NCBI GenBank assembly: GCA_965240465.1
Contig: OZ251219.1
Coordinates: forward strand, 1,504,001-1,568,000
Direction of reading: 5' to 3'
Length of the DNA stretch: 64,000 nt
Source of the DNA: a bacterium
Lineage (GTDB): Bacteria > SAR324 > JACQKK01
This document shows, piece after piece, positions 10,235-20,607 of this stretch; within the stretch, counting starts at the first letter, position 1; the number at the start of each line of letters is the position of its first letter. The position numbers and the translations under genes are program-made. Below the pieces are notes generated by a model. It had not been told where the DNA came from. It saw only the letters and a list, made by a program, of their open reading frames with translations, and made no database searches.

Positions 10235-10672
10235 ATGATACCTTATGAAGAAATTACAAAAATCTTGCCTCATCGCTATCCATTTTTGTTATTGGATAGA
10301 GTACTGGAAGTAAAACCCGGTAAAAGTTGTGTGGCTTTGAAGAATGTATCTTGCAATGAGCCTGTTTTTACGGGTCATTTTCCTGGTAGACCTATTTTTC
10401 CTGGGGTTATGTTGCTGGAGGCAATGGCACAAGTTGCTGGTGTGTTAGTAGGTAAGTCGGTAAAAAAGAATGTGAATGACTTTATTCTTTTGTACGTGGG
10501 AGTGGATAAAGCACGTTTTAAGAGACAAATTGTACCCGGTGATACGCTGATTATGGAAGCTAAACTGCTGACCCGTAAGCTAGATATGTGGGTATTTGCG
10601 GTTCAGTCCAAGGTGGATGATGAGCTGGCATGTCGGGCGGAGATTAGACTAGTCACAGTTCCTCGTAGGTAG
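10235..10672 (+). CDS. fabZ: 3-hydroxyacyl-ACP dehydratase
   Basis: LPHRYPFLLLDRV, FTGHFPGRPIFPGVMLLEAMAQ. Confidence 0.95.
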   Translation: MIPYEEITKILPHRYPFLLLDRVLEVKPGKSCVALKNVSCNEPVFTGHFPGRPIFPGVMLLEAMAQVAGVLVGKSVKKNVNDFILLYVGVDKARFKRQIVPGDTLIMEAKLLTRKLDMWVFAVQSKVDDELACRAEIRLVTVPRR

Positions 10673-10721
10673 CCTAAGTACCTTAGACTAACAGAATAGT
10701 CTTGTAGTTTATGTAGAGCCT

Positions 10722-11654
10722 ATGAGCCTGCGAGTAGGTGTTATTGGGGTGGGAAAGTTGGGCAGATTTCATGCTTTGAAATATGCGTCCCTAAGTGAAT
10801 GCCAATTTATTGGCGTCTGCGACCTGAATAGTCAACGCTCGCAGGCGGTAGCTGATGAGCTCGGGGTGCGTGTATTTAAGCAACCCAGGGATCTACTGGC
10901 AGAGGTAGACGCGGTAAGCATTGCAACCATCAGTACCACTCACCACAACATTGGGATGCAAGCATTAACAAGGGGAATACACGTCCTGATGGAAAAACCA
11001 CTGGCGGCTTCCACTAAGGAAGCAGAAGATCTGGTGCTTCTTGCGAACAAGCGACAGCTTATCTTACAGGTTGGTTATCTGGAACGCTTCAACGGAGCAA
11101 TACAGGCCTGTCAAACTAAGATCAAGCGACCCATTTTCATTGATGCCGTTCGGGTGTCTAATTTTTCTGGACGAGGAGAAGACATAGATGTGGTACTAGA
11201 CCTGATGAGTCATGACTTAGATTTAGCCTTGATGATGGACTCTTCCTCCATTCAAGAAATACAAGCGATTGGGGTATCTTTGATGACCGATAAGATTGAT
11301 CTAGCCAATGTAAGATTGCGTTTTGCTTCTGGCTGTGTAGCTAATATTTCTGCCAGTAGGATATCCACTCATTCGGAGCGTAATATGCGGATTTTTCAAA
11401 AAAATTGTTGTTTTTCGCTGGATTTTTCTCTGCCTGCCTGCACCATGCTTACCGTGGGAGATCTTAAAAAAGATAAGCAAACCATTGCGAACTCGCTTGA
11501 TGTTTCCAAACAAGACGCACTGGAAGCCGAAATAAGGTCTTTTATAAATTCCGTGAGAACGAAAAAACCACCCTTAGTCGGTGGTGAAGACGGTTTGCGT
11601 GTAATGAAAGTAGCTGCGAGGATAACGTCCATCATTTTGGAAAATTCTCAGTAA
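10722..11654 (+). CDS. Gfo/Idh/MocA oxidoreductase, GnnA-like (UDP-GlcNAc 3-dehydrogenase)
   Basis: GVGKLG, EKPLA, QVGYLERFN, DVVLDLMSHDLD, ASRIS; lipid A cluster context. Confidence 0.8.
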   Translation: MSLRVGVIGVGKLGRFHALKYASLSECQFIGVCDLNSQRSQAVADELGVRVFKQPRDLLAEVDAVSIATISTTHHNIGMQALTRGIHVLMEKPLAASTKEAEDLVLLANKRQLILQVGYLERFNGAIQACQTKIKRPIFIDAVRVSNFSGRGEDIDVVLDLMSHDLDLALMMDSSSIQEIQAIGVSLMTDKIDLANVRLRFASGCVANISASRISTHSERNMRIFQKNCCFSLDFSLPACTMLTVGDLKKDKQTIANSLDVSKQDALEAEIRSFINSVRTKKPPLVGGEDGLRVMKVAARITSIILENSQ

Positions 11655-11681
11655 TAATTAGATTAAAAAAGGACTAATAAC

Positions 11682-12827
11682 ATGTTTAGTCTCTTAAAGA
11701 GCTGGGTGACTTTCCCCATAAATAAGCTGAGACTCTTGCCACAGCGAATATTCTGGGAGTCATGGAAATCTTTTGTACTGTTTACGGTTATACTGACATT
11801 ATTCTTGCTGTTTCAGAAATTGCATTGGCTTTTGGAATGGATTGTTAGTCACAGGGTAGACTTTAATCTGTTGGGTTGGATGCTACTCTTTTCGTTGCCG
11901 AGCATAATGCTACCCGTAATGATATTTGCAATTGTGGGAGCCGTATTTACGGTGGTAATTAGATATTCTTACAATTTTGAGTTGGTAGCCCTGATGGCTT
12001 CAGGAGTAAGTTTGCGAAGTTATGCTCAAGGTTTTCTTGTGTTTGGCTTTTCAGTGGCTTTACTGGTGGCTACTTTTAGTTTGTGGCTAAGTCCACTGTC
12101 TTTGAGATATTTGAATCAACTACAATTCCAAGCGATTAAAACACGCACATTTCAACGGATTAAACCAGGAAATCTCAATTTTTCCTTACCTAGTATAGTG
12201 ATCTTGAGTAGACAGGTAGAAGAAGGCAATCACTTATATGATGTACATTTCATGCCTCGGTATCCGAAAGATGATTTCAGCATTATTTCGGCTCTCCATG
12301 GATTTTTACTCAATACAGAAAAGCAGCGTCAGCTACTTTTGGTGATAGAAAATGGTGAATCGTTGGAGCTAAGCGAGAAAGAAAGCAGTATCACAAATAT
12401 ACAGTTTGAACGCTCGGAAAACCTGTTAGGAGGACTCGTCAGTGGGCGTCATTTCAAGAATATAAGTAGAATTGAGTTGGAAAGTACTCTCAATTTGCAG
12501 CAGCGGTTAGCTTCTGACAATCTGGGGAACTACGCTCGCCACAATATAGAGCTACAGATTTATAATCGTTGGCTGACGCCGCTGGCATGCATAGCACTTG
12601 TATTGGCTTCTGTACCTATGGCAATGTTGGATCCTCGCTCGGGCAGATATTCTAGCTATCTAAGAGCGGTCATGCTGGTTGCGGTTTATTATTTGGCTTG
12701 GCTAGCCATAACTAATCTGGTTAAAGGACGAGGGTTGCCTTCTGAGTTCATGTTAGGTCCTCTTTCGTTGGTGGGTTGCTATGGCTTGATGCGTTTGCGT
12801 CAATTGAACATTCGCCCTTGGTTTTAG
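11682..12827 (+). CDS. LptF/LptG family permease
   Basis: ELVALMASGVS motif; 3 TM, periplasmic domain, 3 TM layout. Confidence 0.8.
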   Translation: MFSLLKSWVTFPINKLRLLPQRIFWESWKSFVLFTVILTLFLLFQKLHWLLEWIVSHRVDFNLLGWMLLFSLPSIMLPVMIFAIVGAVFTVVIRYSYNFELVALMASGVSLRSYAQGFLVFGFSVALLVATFSLWLSPLSLRYLNQLQFQAIKTRTFQRIKPGNLNFSLPSIVILSRQVEEGNHLYDVHFMPRYPKDDFSIISALHGFLLNTEKQRQLLLVIENGESLELSEKESSITNIQFERSENLLGGLVSGRHFKNISRIELESTLNLQQRLASDNLGNYARHNIELQIYNRWLTPLACIALVLASVPMAMLDPRSGRYSSYLRAVMLVAVYYLAWLAITNLVKGRGLPSEFMLGPLSLVGCYGLMRLRQLNIRPWF

Positions 12828-13642
12828 TAGGAGGAATTGCTGGGACTTGCTGAGAGTTGCTGCAGCCATTGCCACATCGTATTGAATATTTGTTCTTTGT
12901 GCATATTCAGGCGATGGTCTCCATCCTTAAGCAACAATAGTTGCAAGGATTTCTCAGGACATTGCCGCAAGAATTCAGTACTTTTTTCCCAAGGAATGAC
13001 CTCATCAGCAATACCGTGGATTAGCAAAGCGGGGCCTTGCCACTTCTGTAGAAGCTTCTTAAAGGGATATTGATAGCTATCTTCAATCAATTGCCAACCG
13101 AGAAGAATATCCTCCCAGTCAGAATCAAGCCGCAGAATACCCTTTTTTTGCCAGTCTTTCCATCGTTTTGAGGATATATTGCTCTTTATACAATGAGGAA
13201 AATCCAAAGCGGGTGATAACAAGACTAATGGTCCTCCGCTACCGATTTTTAGTTCTCCCTGATACCAAGCAACTAAGGCAGCTCCCATACTGGAGCCTAT
13301 CAGCAATGGAAGAGGAGCTTCTGGTTGGCGTTGCTGTAAGCACCAACTAAGGGCAGTTTCCATATCCGCCAAGGCACGACTGACGGTCATCTCTGCCAGA
13401 TTTCCATCTGATTCTCCATGCCCACGCAAATCCAGCCTGAGAAAACTCCAACCGCGAGCACCAAATTCTTGCTGGAAGAAAAGAGCTTTTTCGCCTTGTC
13501 GGTCCGAAGCCAGTCCATGAACGAATACCGCCATAGGTGCAGTAGGAGAAGCCGATAACCAGTCCACCATTATCGCTTCCTTGTTGGTGGAAGAATTATC
13601 AACAACTAACCTATGGGTCTCTATAACAGGATTTTTACTCAA
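12824..13642 (-). CDS. Alpha/beta hydrolase
   Basis: VHGLASD, RGHGES, GSSMG, HGIADEVIP, GDHRL. Confidence 0.9.
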   Translation of the reverse strand: MSKNPVIETHRLVVDNSSTNKEAIMVDWLSASPTAPMAVFVHGLASDRQGEKALFFQQEFGARGWSFLRLDLRGHGESDGNLAEMTVSRALADMETALSWCLQQRQPEAPLPLLIGSSMGAALVAWYQGELKIGSGGPLVLLSPALDFPHCIKSNISSKRWKDWQKKGILRLDSDWEDILLGWQLIEDSYQYPFKKLLQKWQGPALLIHGIADEVIPWEKSTEFLRQCPEKSLQLLLLKDGDHRLNMHKEQIFNTMWQWLQQLSASPSNSSY

Positions 13643-13655
13643 TGATAAACGCGGT

Positions 13656-15014
13656 TTAAGAGTTCACACTACGGGCTTGGGCTGGGTTCACAAACGCCAA
13701 TAGCACTCCCCCTGCCAGAAAAAAGGCGTTAAGACTCAAAAGAGCAATGCGAGTATCACCGCTGATAAAAACCAATCCGCCAAATACAAGAGGCCCCATC
13801 ATAGCAGAAAAACGAGAACTTAGTGCAAAGAAAGAGAAATACTCAGCCTCCCTGCCATAAGGGATGAAGCTGGCAAATAAAGATCGGCTGATAGCCTGCA
13901 ACCCTCCCAAGAAGAGACCGATCAAGACTGCCAACCAATATAATTCTACTAGGGTGTGGATAACCTGAGCTAGCAAAATAGTTATGCTGAAAGCTATCAA
14001 GCAAATAAAAATAGTGGTTTTTTCACTAGTGCGATTACTCAGCCAACCCAAAAAAAGAGTGCCAGGTATGTTCATAACCTGAATGATGATAATCATTAAA
14101 ATCAAGTCCTTAATACCTACTTTTTGGCTCAGGGAGGCATCGGTATAGATGTTTTGCAGAGCGTACGGGGTTGCATTTGAAATAAGGGTAGCAATGCCAT
14201 CATTATACAACAAGAAAGCCAATAAAAAGCGGAGGTGGTGCGGGTGTTTAAGTAAATTAAGCAGAGAACGTTTTAAGCTGCCAAAAATGCTTTTTACTTG
14301 GGTCTGGGAGGTAGCTGGTAGCCATCCCAAAGATAAGATGCCAAAACATCCCCACCAGAGCCCTATCAGCAAGAACGCGGTAGGTAGGTGATCGGGGACC
14401 AGCCATATCAGCAGTGCCAGCAATATCAATGCCCCTCCAGCGTAGCCCAGGGCATACCCTAAGCTAGAAAGACGAGCATTTTCCTTAGGGTTAGAAGTCA
14501 ATTGAGGCAAATAAGCATTGTAAAATACATTGGCAGATTCATATCCTACATTGCCTATAAAGACCAACAGCCCAATCACTGCCCAAGACCAAGAAACATC
14601 GCTCCACAAGGGCCAAAGCGATTGCCCCACAGTAGCCGTAGCACCAAGCAAGCAAAATAACAGTGCAAACTGCTTGTGCTTGCCACGGGCATCTACCACA
14701 GGACCTAAAAGTAATGCCCCTAAGGCAGCTACTCCCGCTGATGCCCCCACCAATATTGACCAAGCTGCTTCTGCCGTCCAACGACTTCCAAATAACGGTA
14801 AGGCTAGGGCAGAACCTACTCTTAGACCTCCAGCTTCTTCTGCCGCTTGTTCAAACAGGGCAATAAACCAAGCCGAACCCAATACCGTCATCACACAAAG
14901 GACAAAAGCACTGTTAGCCCAATCGTAGAAAGCCCAACGCCAGCCGTTCTTTCCAATTCCCCGCCCTAAATCTGGAATACGATTTTTTAAGTCAATCAGC
15001 AGAGAATTAAACAT
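13656..15014 (-). CDS. MFS transporter, UMF1/Atg22-like
   Basis: WAFYDWANSAF, FYNAYLP, GYALGYAGG, QAISRSLF. Confidence 0.88.
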   Translation of the reverse strand: MFNSLLIDLKNRIPDLGRGIGKNGWRWAFYDWANSAFVLCVMTVLGSAWFIALFEQAAEEAGGLRVGSALALPLFGSRWTAEAAWSILVGASAGVAALGALLLGPVVDARGKHKQFALLFCLLGATATVGQSLWPLWSDVSWSWAVIGLLVFIGNVGYESANVFYNAYLPQLTSNPKENARLSSLGYALGYAGGALILLALLIWLVPDHLPTAFLLIGLWWGCFGILSLGWLPATSQTQVKSIFGSLKRSLLNLLKHPHHLRFLLAFLLYNDGIATLISNATPYALQNIYTDASLSQKVGIKDLILMIIIIQVMNIPGTLFLGWLSNRTSEKTTIFICLIAFSITILLAQVIHTLVELYWLAVLIGLFLGGLQAISRSLFASFIPYGREAEYFSFFALSSRFSAMMGPLVFGGLVFISGDTRIALLSLNAFFLAGGVLLAFVNPAQARSVNS

Positions 15015-15039
15015 AGTGTGAGTACTCTGTTATCGGCAG

Positions 15040-15137
15040 GCAAGCAAGGATAGCAAACAAGGATCGCAAACAAGGATCGCAAACAAGGATAGCAAACAAG
15101 GATCGCAAATAGGGATCGCAAACAAGGATCGCAAATA
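15040..15137. repeat. 13-bp tandem repeat (CAAGGATCGCAAA), about 7 copies, intergenic
   Basis: Read directly. Confidence 0.95.
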
Positions 15138-15146
15138 TGGCTCCAA

Positions 15147-17525
15147 TTAGGGAAGTACTTGTACCTCTGTTTCCAGTTGAATTCCACTATGATTTAATAC
15201 TTCTTGCTGTACCTTTTTAATGAGATTTAAGACATCGCTAGCAGAGGACTTGTTAACATTGATTATAAAATTAGAGTGCTGGGTACTCACCTTTGCTCCC
15301 CCGATTGTTAGTCCTTTTAAGCCTGCCCGATCAATCAGCTGAGCGGCTGTGTCCCCTGTGGGATTCTTAAACACCGACCCACAATTAGCACCTCTTGGAT
15401 GATGCTTCTTACGCCATGCTAGCATTTCTTGCTGTTGCTGCTTGGCTTTGGTAGGGGTGGTGGATAATAGTTCAAATTCGGCAGCGTAGATAACAGATGA
15501 AGAGGAAAAAGGAGAACTACGATAGGAAAATCTACCTCCATTTTTTGTTTTTAGCTTTGGTTCATTTGCTTGCCATTCCTGTATTTTTCCCCGCGGCAAG
15601 CACAACCATACCCGTGATAAGAATTTTGCTATTTCGCCTCCATGAGCTCCAGCATTCATTTTCACCGCTCCTCCGATGCTACCAGGGATCACCGAGAGAA
15701 ACTCCATACCTCCTAAATTCACTGCACGACATTTTTCCACAAAAGCTGCATTAGCCAAGCCTGCTCCCACTCGCACCCTATTTCCCTTGACAGACAAGGT
15801 CTGCATTCCTCTTCCTAGCCTGATCACTACCCCAGCCAAACCCTCATCTTTTATCAACAAGTTAGAACCCTTCCCCAGCACCCACCAAGGAACCTCAGTT
15901 CTGCCCAACCAGCCCATCAAGGCTTGTAAATCCGATTGACTATTAACATCTACTAAGCACAAGGCTTTTCCTCCTATTCGCAGAGAATTTTTGCTAGCCA
16001 GCGGTTCATGCCAACAAATAGTGGAATCGGACAAAACATCTCGCAATGAGACTCCCCAAGTAGGCTCTTCTTTAGTAGCAGTGGGAGGAGTAGCAGTGGA
16101 AGTAGTAGCAGTGGAAGTAGTAGCAGTGGAAGTAGTAGCAGTGGAAGGGGGTGAAGAGGTCTCAGCAAGTACCCTATGCCATAGTTTGGTTATATCACCA
16201 GCACCCATGGTGATAAACAATCCTTCGGACCAACGATTATTCAATAATGGTGGGATGAGATCTTTCCAGTGGCTGAGTAACTGTGGTTTGTGTTTCATCC
16301 AATGTGCTATGTTGGCGGCTGAAACATTGGGAAGTGGTTGTTCTCGGGCTGAATAGATGGGTGTTAGTAGTACTTCATCGGCTAGGTTTAGGGCTTGGGC
16401 GAATTCTTTAGCAAAATGCTTGGTGCGAGAATAAAGGTGCGGCTGGAATGCCACCACCAGAGGACCAGGATAAAGTCCCTTTAGGCTGGCTAGGGTTTTT
16501 TGTATCTCGGTCGGGTAATGAGCATAATCATCCATGAGTACTAGATTGCCTAGCTTCCCTAATTGCTGTTGACGGCGATCTACACCACTAAATTTTTCCA
16601 AGCCCTCAATGATTTTATCTATCGGCAGTTGCATGCTATTGGCTAGGGCAAATGCTCCCGCCAAGTTAAGGGCATTGTATTGACCTCGCAATGTAGAACG
16701 GAATTGATGCTCTCCTGTAGCTAGTTTCAGCCTGAGTTCTGTGCCATCTATTCCCAGCGACTGCCATTGGAGGCAAACATCAGCCCTTTTATCCATCCCG
16801 AAGGAAACACTTTTAGTAGCAGGCATTCTTTCCGCTAGGGCTTTAACGCGAGGATCATCCAGATTATAAACCAGAATGCCATCAGCGGGCAGCCGTTTTA
16901 TGAAATCCTGCATCACGGCTTCTAGGGTTTCCATGCTGCCGTGAATATCCAAATGATCGGCTTCTATGTTGGTCAGTAGAATTGCTTGGGGAGATAATTT
17001 TAAGAAGCTGCCATCACTTTCATCGGCTTCACAGACGCAAAATGGACCTTCTCCAGAACGAAAATTGCCCGACCATTTGGATAAATTACCCCCCAGAAAA
17101 ACAAGGGGGTCTTGCTCACAGGATTCTAAGGAACAAGCCAAAGCCGCGGTAGAAGTGGTTTTACCATGGGTCCCAGTGACAGCTAATAATCGCCGTCCCT
17201 GAGTAAGAGCTGCCATCATTTCACTGCGATGAAACTTGAGGATCCCCAACTTCTTTACCTCTTGCCAAATGGGATTATCAGCTTTTAAGGCACTGGAAAA
17301 TACCACCGCATTAGCATTGCTAAACAAATCACCGCGGTGACCAATCTGCGTGGAAATACCTGCTGCCCTCAGAGATTCCAGCACCGAACTGGGTTCAATA
17401 TCGCTACCAGATACATGAACTCCACGCCTATGTAACTCCATTGCCAAGGCACTCATACCAATGCCTCCAATCCCCAAGAAATGATACCGCCAATCCAGCG
17501 ATATAATCGGCATGGTGGTACTCAT
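15147..17525 (-). CDS. murC-murB: Fused MurC (UDP-MurNAc-L-Ala ligase) and MurB (UDP-GlcNAc-enolpyruvate reductase)
   Basis: N part: GIGGIGMS, GTHGKTT, EADESDGSF, DDYAHYP, FQPHLYSRT. C part: LGKGSNLL, IPGSIGGAVKMNAGA, GSVFKNP, HSNFIIN. Confidence 0.93.
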   Translation of the reverse strand: MSTTMPIISLDWRYHFLGIGGIGMSALAMELHRRGVHVSGSDIEPSSVLESLRAAGISTQIGHRGDLFSNANAVVFSSALKADNPIWQEVKKLGILKFHRSEMMAALTQGRRLLAVTGTHGKTTSTAALACSLESCEQDPLVFLGGNLSKWSGNFRSGEGPFCVCEADESDGSFLKLSPQAILLTNIEADHLDIHGSMETLEAVMQDFIKRLPADGILVYNLDDPRVKALAERMPATKSVSFGMDKRADVCLQWQSLGIDGTELRLKLATGEHQFRSTLRGQYNALNLAGAFALANSMQLPIDKIIEGLEKFSGVDRRQQQLGKLGNLVLMDDYAHYPTEIQKTLASLKGLYPGPLVVAFQPHLYSRTKHFAKEFAQALNLADEVLLTPIYSAREQPLPNVSAANIAHWMKHKPQLLSHWKDLIPPLLNNRWSEGLFITMGAGDITKLWHRVLAETSSPPSTATTSTATTSTATTSTATPPTATKEEPTWGVSLRDVLSDSTICWHEPLASKNSLRIGGKALCLVDVNSQSDLQALMGWLGRTEVPWWVLGKGSNLLIKDEGLAGVVIRLGRGMQTLSVKGNRVRVGAGLANAAFVEKCRAVNLGGMEFLSVIPGSIGGAVKMNAGAHGGEIAKFLSRVWLCLPRGKIQEWQANEPKLKTKNGGRFSYRSSPFSSSSVIYAAEFELLSTTPTKAKQQQQEMLAWRKKHHPRGANCGSVFKNPTGDTAAQLIDRAGLKGLTIGGAKVSTQHSNFIINVNKSSASDVLNLIKKVQQEVLNHSGIQLETEVQVLP
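16074..16148. repeat. 15-bp tandem repeat (AGTAGCAGTGGAAGT), 5 copies, forming the MurC-MurB linker
   Basis: Encodes STATT repeats. Confidence 0.95.
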
Positions 17526-18569
17526 TTAACCTCCTATGCGATGCATCTCTACTTTTTTCAGGTCGGTAGCTGGTATGTTATCAGCAGAGTCGCCAAGCGT
17601 TTTTCTTTCTTCTGAGTAACGATCGGTGCGTTGTTGCCAAGTTTCTTGGATTAACTCTAACAATTCCTCATCTGAAGCACCACGGCGTAGGGGAGTACGC
17701 AAATCTAAACCTTTGGTAGCAAATAAACAGGTGAATAATTCTCCATCGGCAGATAATCTTGCTCGGGTACAACTACTACAAAAAGGCTCCGAAATAGACG
17801 CTACCACCCCTATCTCCCCCTGCCCATCCACATACCTATGACGGCTGGCTGGCTTTTCATCTCGTCTCCCGATTAACTCCAACGCCCACCTCTGATTTAG
17901 TAATCGCAGTATTTCGGCGGCTTCCACTACCTTCTGCGGCTGCCAGCCACTGCAACCGCCCACATCCATGTACTCAATAAAGCGTAAAATTACGCCACTA
18001 CCCCGAAATTGCTCTGCCATGGCTACTATCTGATCCTTATTCACCCCCTGGATAACCATATTCACCTTAACAGGATCAAGACCAGCTGCCTGAGCTGCCT
18101 CAATCCCCTTTAGCACCCGAACAACTGCTCCCTGCTTTGTCCCATTACCGCTACCTATGCCAATAATGCTACGAAAAATTTCCTCATCCAAACTATCCAA
18201 ACTGACTGTTATCCTGCTTAATCCTGCCCGACTTAAATCATCTGCCATTGATTCCAAAAACCAGCCATTAGTAGTCAGAGATAAATCACTTATGCCAGTC
18301 AAATTCCGCAATCGTTCCACTAATTTTAGCATCCCCTTGCGTAATAACGGTTCACCTCCTGTCAGGCGTAACCTAGTAGCCCCTAATTGCACTCCTAGTG
18401 AAGATAAGCGTACTATTTCATCATCGCTCAGTAGATTTGTATGATCGGTAAATTTCCAGTCTTTGCCATATCCATCGGCTGGCATGCAGTACTCACAGCG
18501 AAAATTACAGCGGTCAGTCAGTGAAATACGCAAATCGCGTAATTGCCGTCCTAACTTATCTTCAAGCAT
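17526..18569 (-). CDS. moaA: GTP 3',8-cyclase
   Basis: LRISLTDRCNFRCEYCMP, FCSSCTRARL, C-terminal MHRIGG. Confidence 0.95.
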   Translation of the reverse strand: MLEDKLGRQLRDLRISLTDRCNFRCEYCMPADGYGKDWKFTDHTNLLSDDEIVRLSSLGVQLGATRLRLTGGEPLLRKGMLKLVERLRNLTGISDLSLTTNGWFLESMADDLSRAGLSRITVSLDSLDEEIFRSIIGIGSGNGTKQGAVVRVLKGIEAAQAAGLDPVKVNMVIQGVNKDQIVAMAEQFRGSGVILRFIEYMDVGGCSGWQPQKVVEAAEILRLLNQRWALELIGRRDEKPASRHRYVDGQGEIGVVASISEPFCSSCTRARLSADGELFTCLFATKGLDLRTPLRRGASDEELLELIQETWQQRTDRYSEERKTLGDSADNIPATDLKKVEMHRIGG

Positions 18570-18675
18570 TTAGTAATCTCAACATGTCGGGTTTTCTCTA
18601 CGACATCACATGGCATCACGAGGATGGTGAAGTTATAGCAACGCGATCACCTGTTTATACTAGCAGAAAGTATTG

Positions 18676-19800
18676 CTAGGACAAAGCTCCTAGGATGGTA
18701 TTAGTAATCAGGTCTTGAATATCTGGATTAAGGTAAGCGTGCATGGGGAGGCTGATAACTTGTTGGGTAAGAGCAACTGTGATATTAGTTTCGCCTGAGA
18801 TATGGCTGAAGTGCTGATAAGCGGGTTGTCGGTGGAAAGGAATGGGGTAATAGATAGCAGTGGGGATGTTTTGTTGCTGGCTGGCAATGGCGATTTTATC
18901 CCTCTGGTCGCTGATGATGGTATACTGTGCCCAAGTACTGGAGCGATCTGCCTTGAGTTGAGGAGTGCTTACAACTCCTCCTAGGGCTTGCTGATAGCGT
19001 TGAGCAATTTGCTGTCTGCGTTGGAGTTCCTCGGGAAAGATGCTGAGTTTTTGCCTTAGAATGACCGCTTGGATGCTATCTAGGCGTGAATTAAGTCCGA
19101 TGTAACAATGCTCATAGCGGTGGCTGCCTTGCCCATGTTGACGCAAGGAACGTAATTTTTGGGCTAGGTCATGATCCTGAGTAAAGACCGCCCCTCCGTC
19201 TCCATAACAGCCAAGTGGCTTGGAAGGAAAAAAACTGACCGCAGTGGCATCTCCCAAAGTGCCGACTGACTGCTGCTGATATTTCGCCCCGAAACTTTGG
19301 GCTGCATCGGCAATGAGGAATAGATTGTGCTCCGAGCAAAACGCTTGCAGGGCTTGATAATCATCAGGCTGACCGAATAGGTCTACTGCGATAAGGACTT
19401 TTGGTTTGAGTTTTTTTCTGGAGGCAACTTCTAGGGCTGATAGCAGTAGTCGGGGATTGAGCATGAAAGTGTCTTTTTCCACATCCACGAAAATGGGAGA
19501 TGCCCCAACCATGGCAACAGATTCCGCGGTAGCAATGAAGGTGAAATCGGGGACTATCACTGCATCGCCACTCCCTATGCCAAGGGCGAGCATAATGAGC
19601 AATAGGGCATCTGTCCCGTTGGCACAGGTAATACAGTGCTTTGCCCCACAGAAATCAGCCAGCTCTGATTCTAGAGCCTCTACTTCTGGCCCTAAAACAA
19701 AGCGACCATCTTTGAGAAGTGCTGCTAGTGACTGGCTGAGTTGAGGTTCCAGTCGTTCTCGCTGGGCTTGTAGGTCAATAAAGGGGATGGAAGTAGACAA
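18676..19800 (-). CDS. DegT/DnrJ/EryC1/StrS aminotransferase (WbpE/GnnB-like)
   Basis: IPFIDL, ANGTDAL, DAAQSFG, SFFPSKPLGCYGDGG, NSRLDSIQA. Confidence 0.9.
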   Translation of the reverse strand: MSTSIPFIDLQAQRERLEPQLSQSLAALLKDGRFVLGPEVEALESELADFCGAKHCITCANGTDALLLIMLALGIGSGDAVIVPDFTFIATAESVAMVGASPIFVDVEKDTFMLNPRLLLSALEVASRKKLKPKVLIAVDLFGQPDDYQALQAFCSEHNLFLIADAAQSFGAKYQQQSVGTLGDATAVSFFPSKPLGCYGDGGAVFTQDHDLAQKLRSLRQHGQGSHRYEHCYIGLNSRLDSIQAVILRQKLSIFPEELQRRQQIAQRYQQALGGVVSTPQLKADRSSTWAQYTIISDQRDKIAIASQQQNIPTAIYYPIPFHRQPAYQHFSHISGETNITVALTQQVISLPMHAYLNPDIQDLITNTILGALS

Positions 19801-19855
19801 TGTAAATTATTTAGGAGAAAAAAATAAAAATATCTGAGTCACTTTGCCAGAAAAT

Positions 19856-20485
19856 CTAATCAGAAAAAACCGGGTGCTGATGATGTGGAAAAAGCACCCC
19901 TTGCCATTTCAAGTGATTACGGCGTCGCTTCAAGGAGGAGGAAAGAATATAAGTTTGAGTTTGTTGACAATGCTTATGAGGACGCAAGCGAACATAAACA
20001 TTATTGATTTCTCCATGCTTTTTATCAATGTGGTAGGCCTTGAGCAGGTCTTTAATGATGCTCTTACGCTGGGTAGCGTCTTCAAAAATATCAGGTGGTA
20101 AGACGGGTCGGTGAAGAAGTTCATCGGTGGTAATGCCAGTGTGTTGGATGGCACTATCGCTAACTGACTGAGGCGGGCAATGACTAAGTGAGTGCTCGCT
20201 TGGCAAGGTGGGATAAGCTACAAAAACAAACGGAAGGGAGTCCTTAATGAAATCGTGTTCTGCCAATCTTTCATTTATGCGTCTAGAGGCTTGCCCTACG
20301 ATAATGGGGGGAATAAAGGGGATGATTATCATTATCAAGTAAGCATAAGACCATTGATCCATTATGCGACTCAGAGTGCTCTGGATGATCAGGATACTGA
20401 ACCCAATCACAAAAGAAGCCCGCAAAGGGGTCTGAATAATAAACTCAATGGTGCGTCCGAATAGACTCGGTCGTCTTTGCGACAT
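19856..20485 (-). CDS. Hypothetical membrane protein with 2 TM segments and a possible PAS-like domain
   Basis: Two hydrophobic segments followed by SVSDSAIQHTGITTDELL (weak PAS-like); start set at ATG 20485. Confidence 0.5.
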   Translation of the reverse strand: MSQRRPSLFGRTIEFIIQTPLRASFVIGFSILIIQSTLSRIMDQWSYAYLIMIIIPFIPPIIVGQASRRINERLAEHDFIKDSLPFVFVAYPTLPSEHSLSHCPPQSVSDSAIQHTGITTDELLHRPVLPPDIFEDATQRKSIIKDLLKAYHIDKKHGEINNVYVRLRPHKHCQQTQTYILSSSLKRRRNHLKWQGVLFPHHQHPVFSD

Positions 20486-20607
20486 AATACGCTTAGAAAA
20501 ATCAAGTGATAGATAGCAGCTCGGGCATTTCCAAACAAGCAACCGCCCATGTTAGCATGAATGCAGGATAAAAATGGTGCTATAATGTGGTGTTCCGTGT
20601 ATGAATT

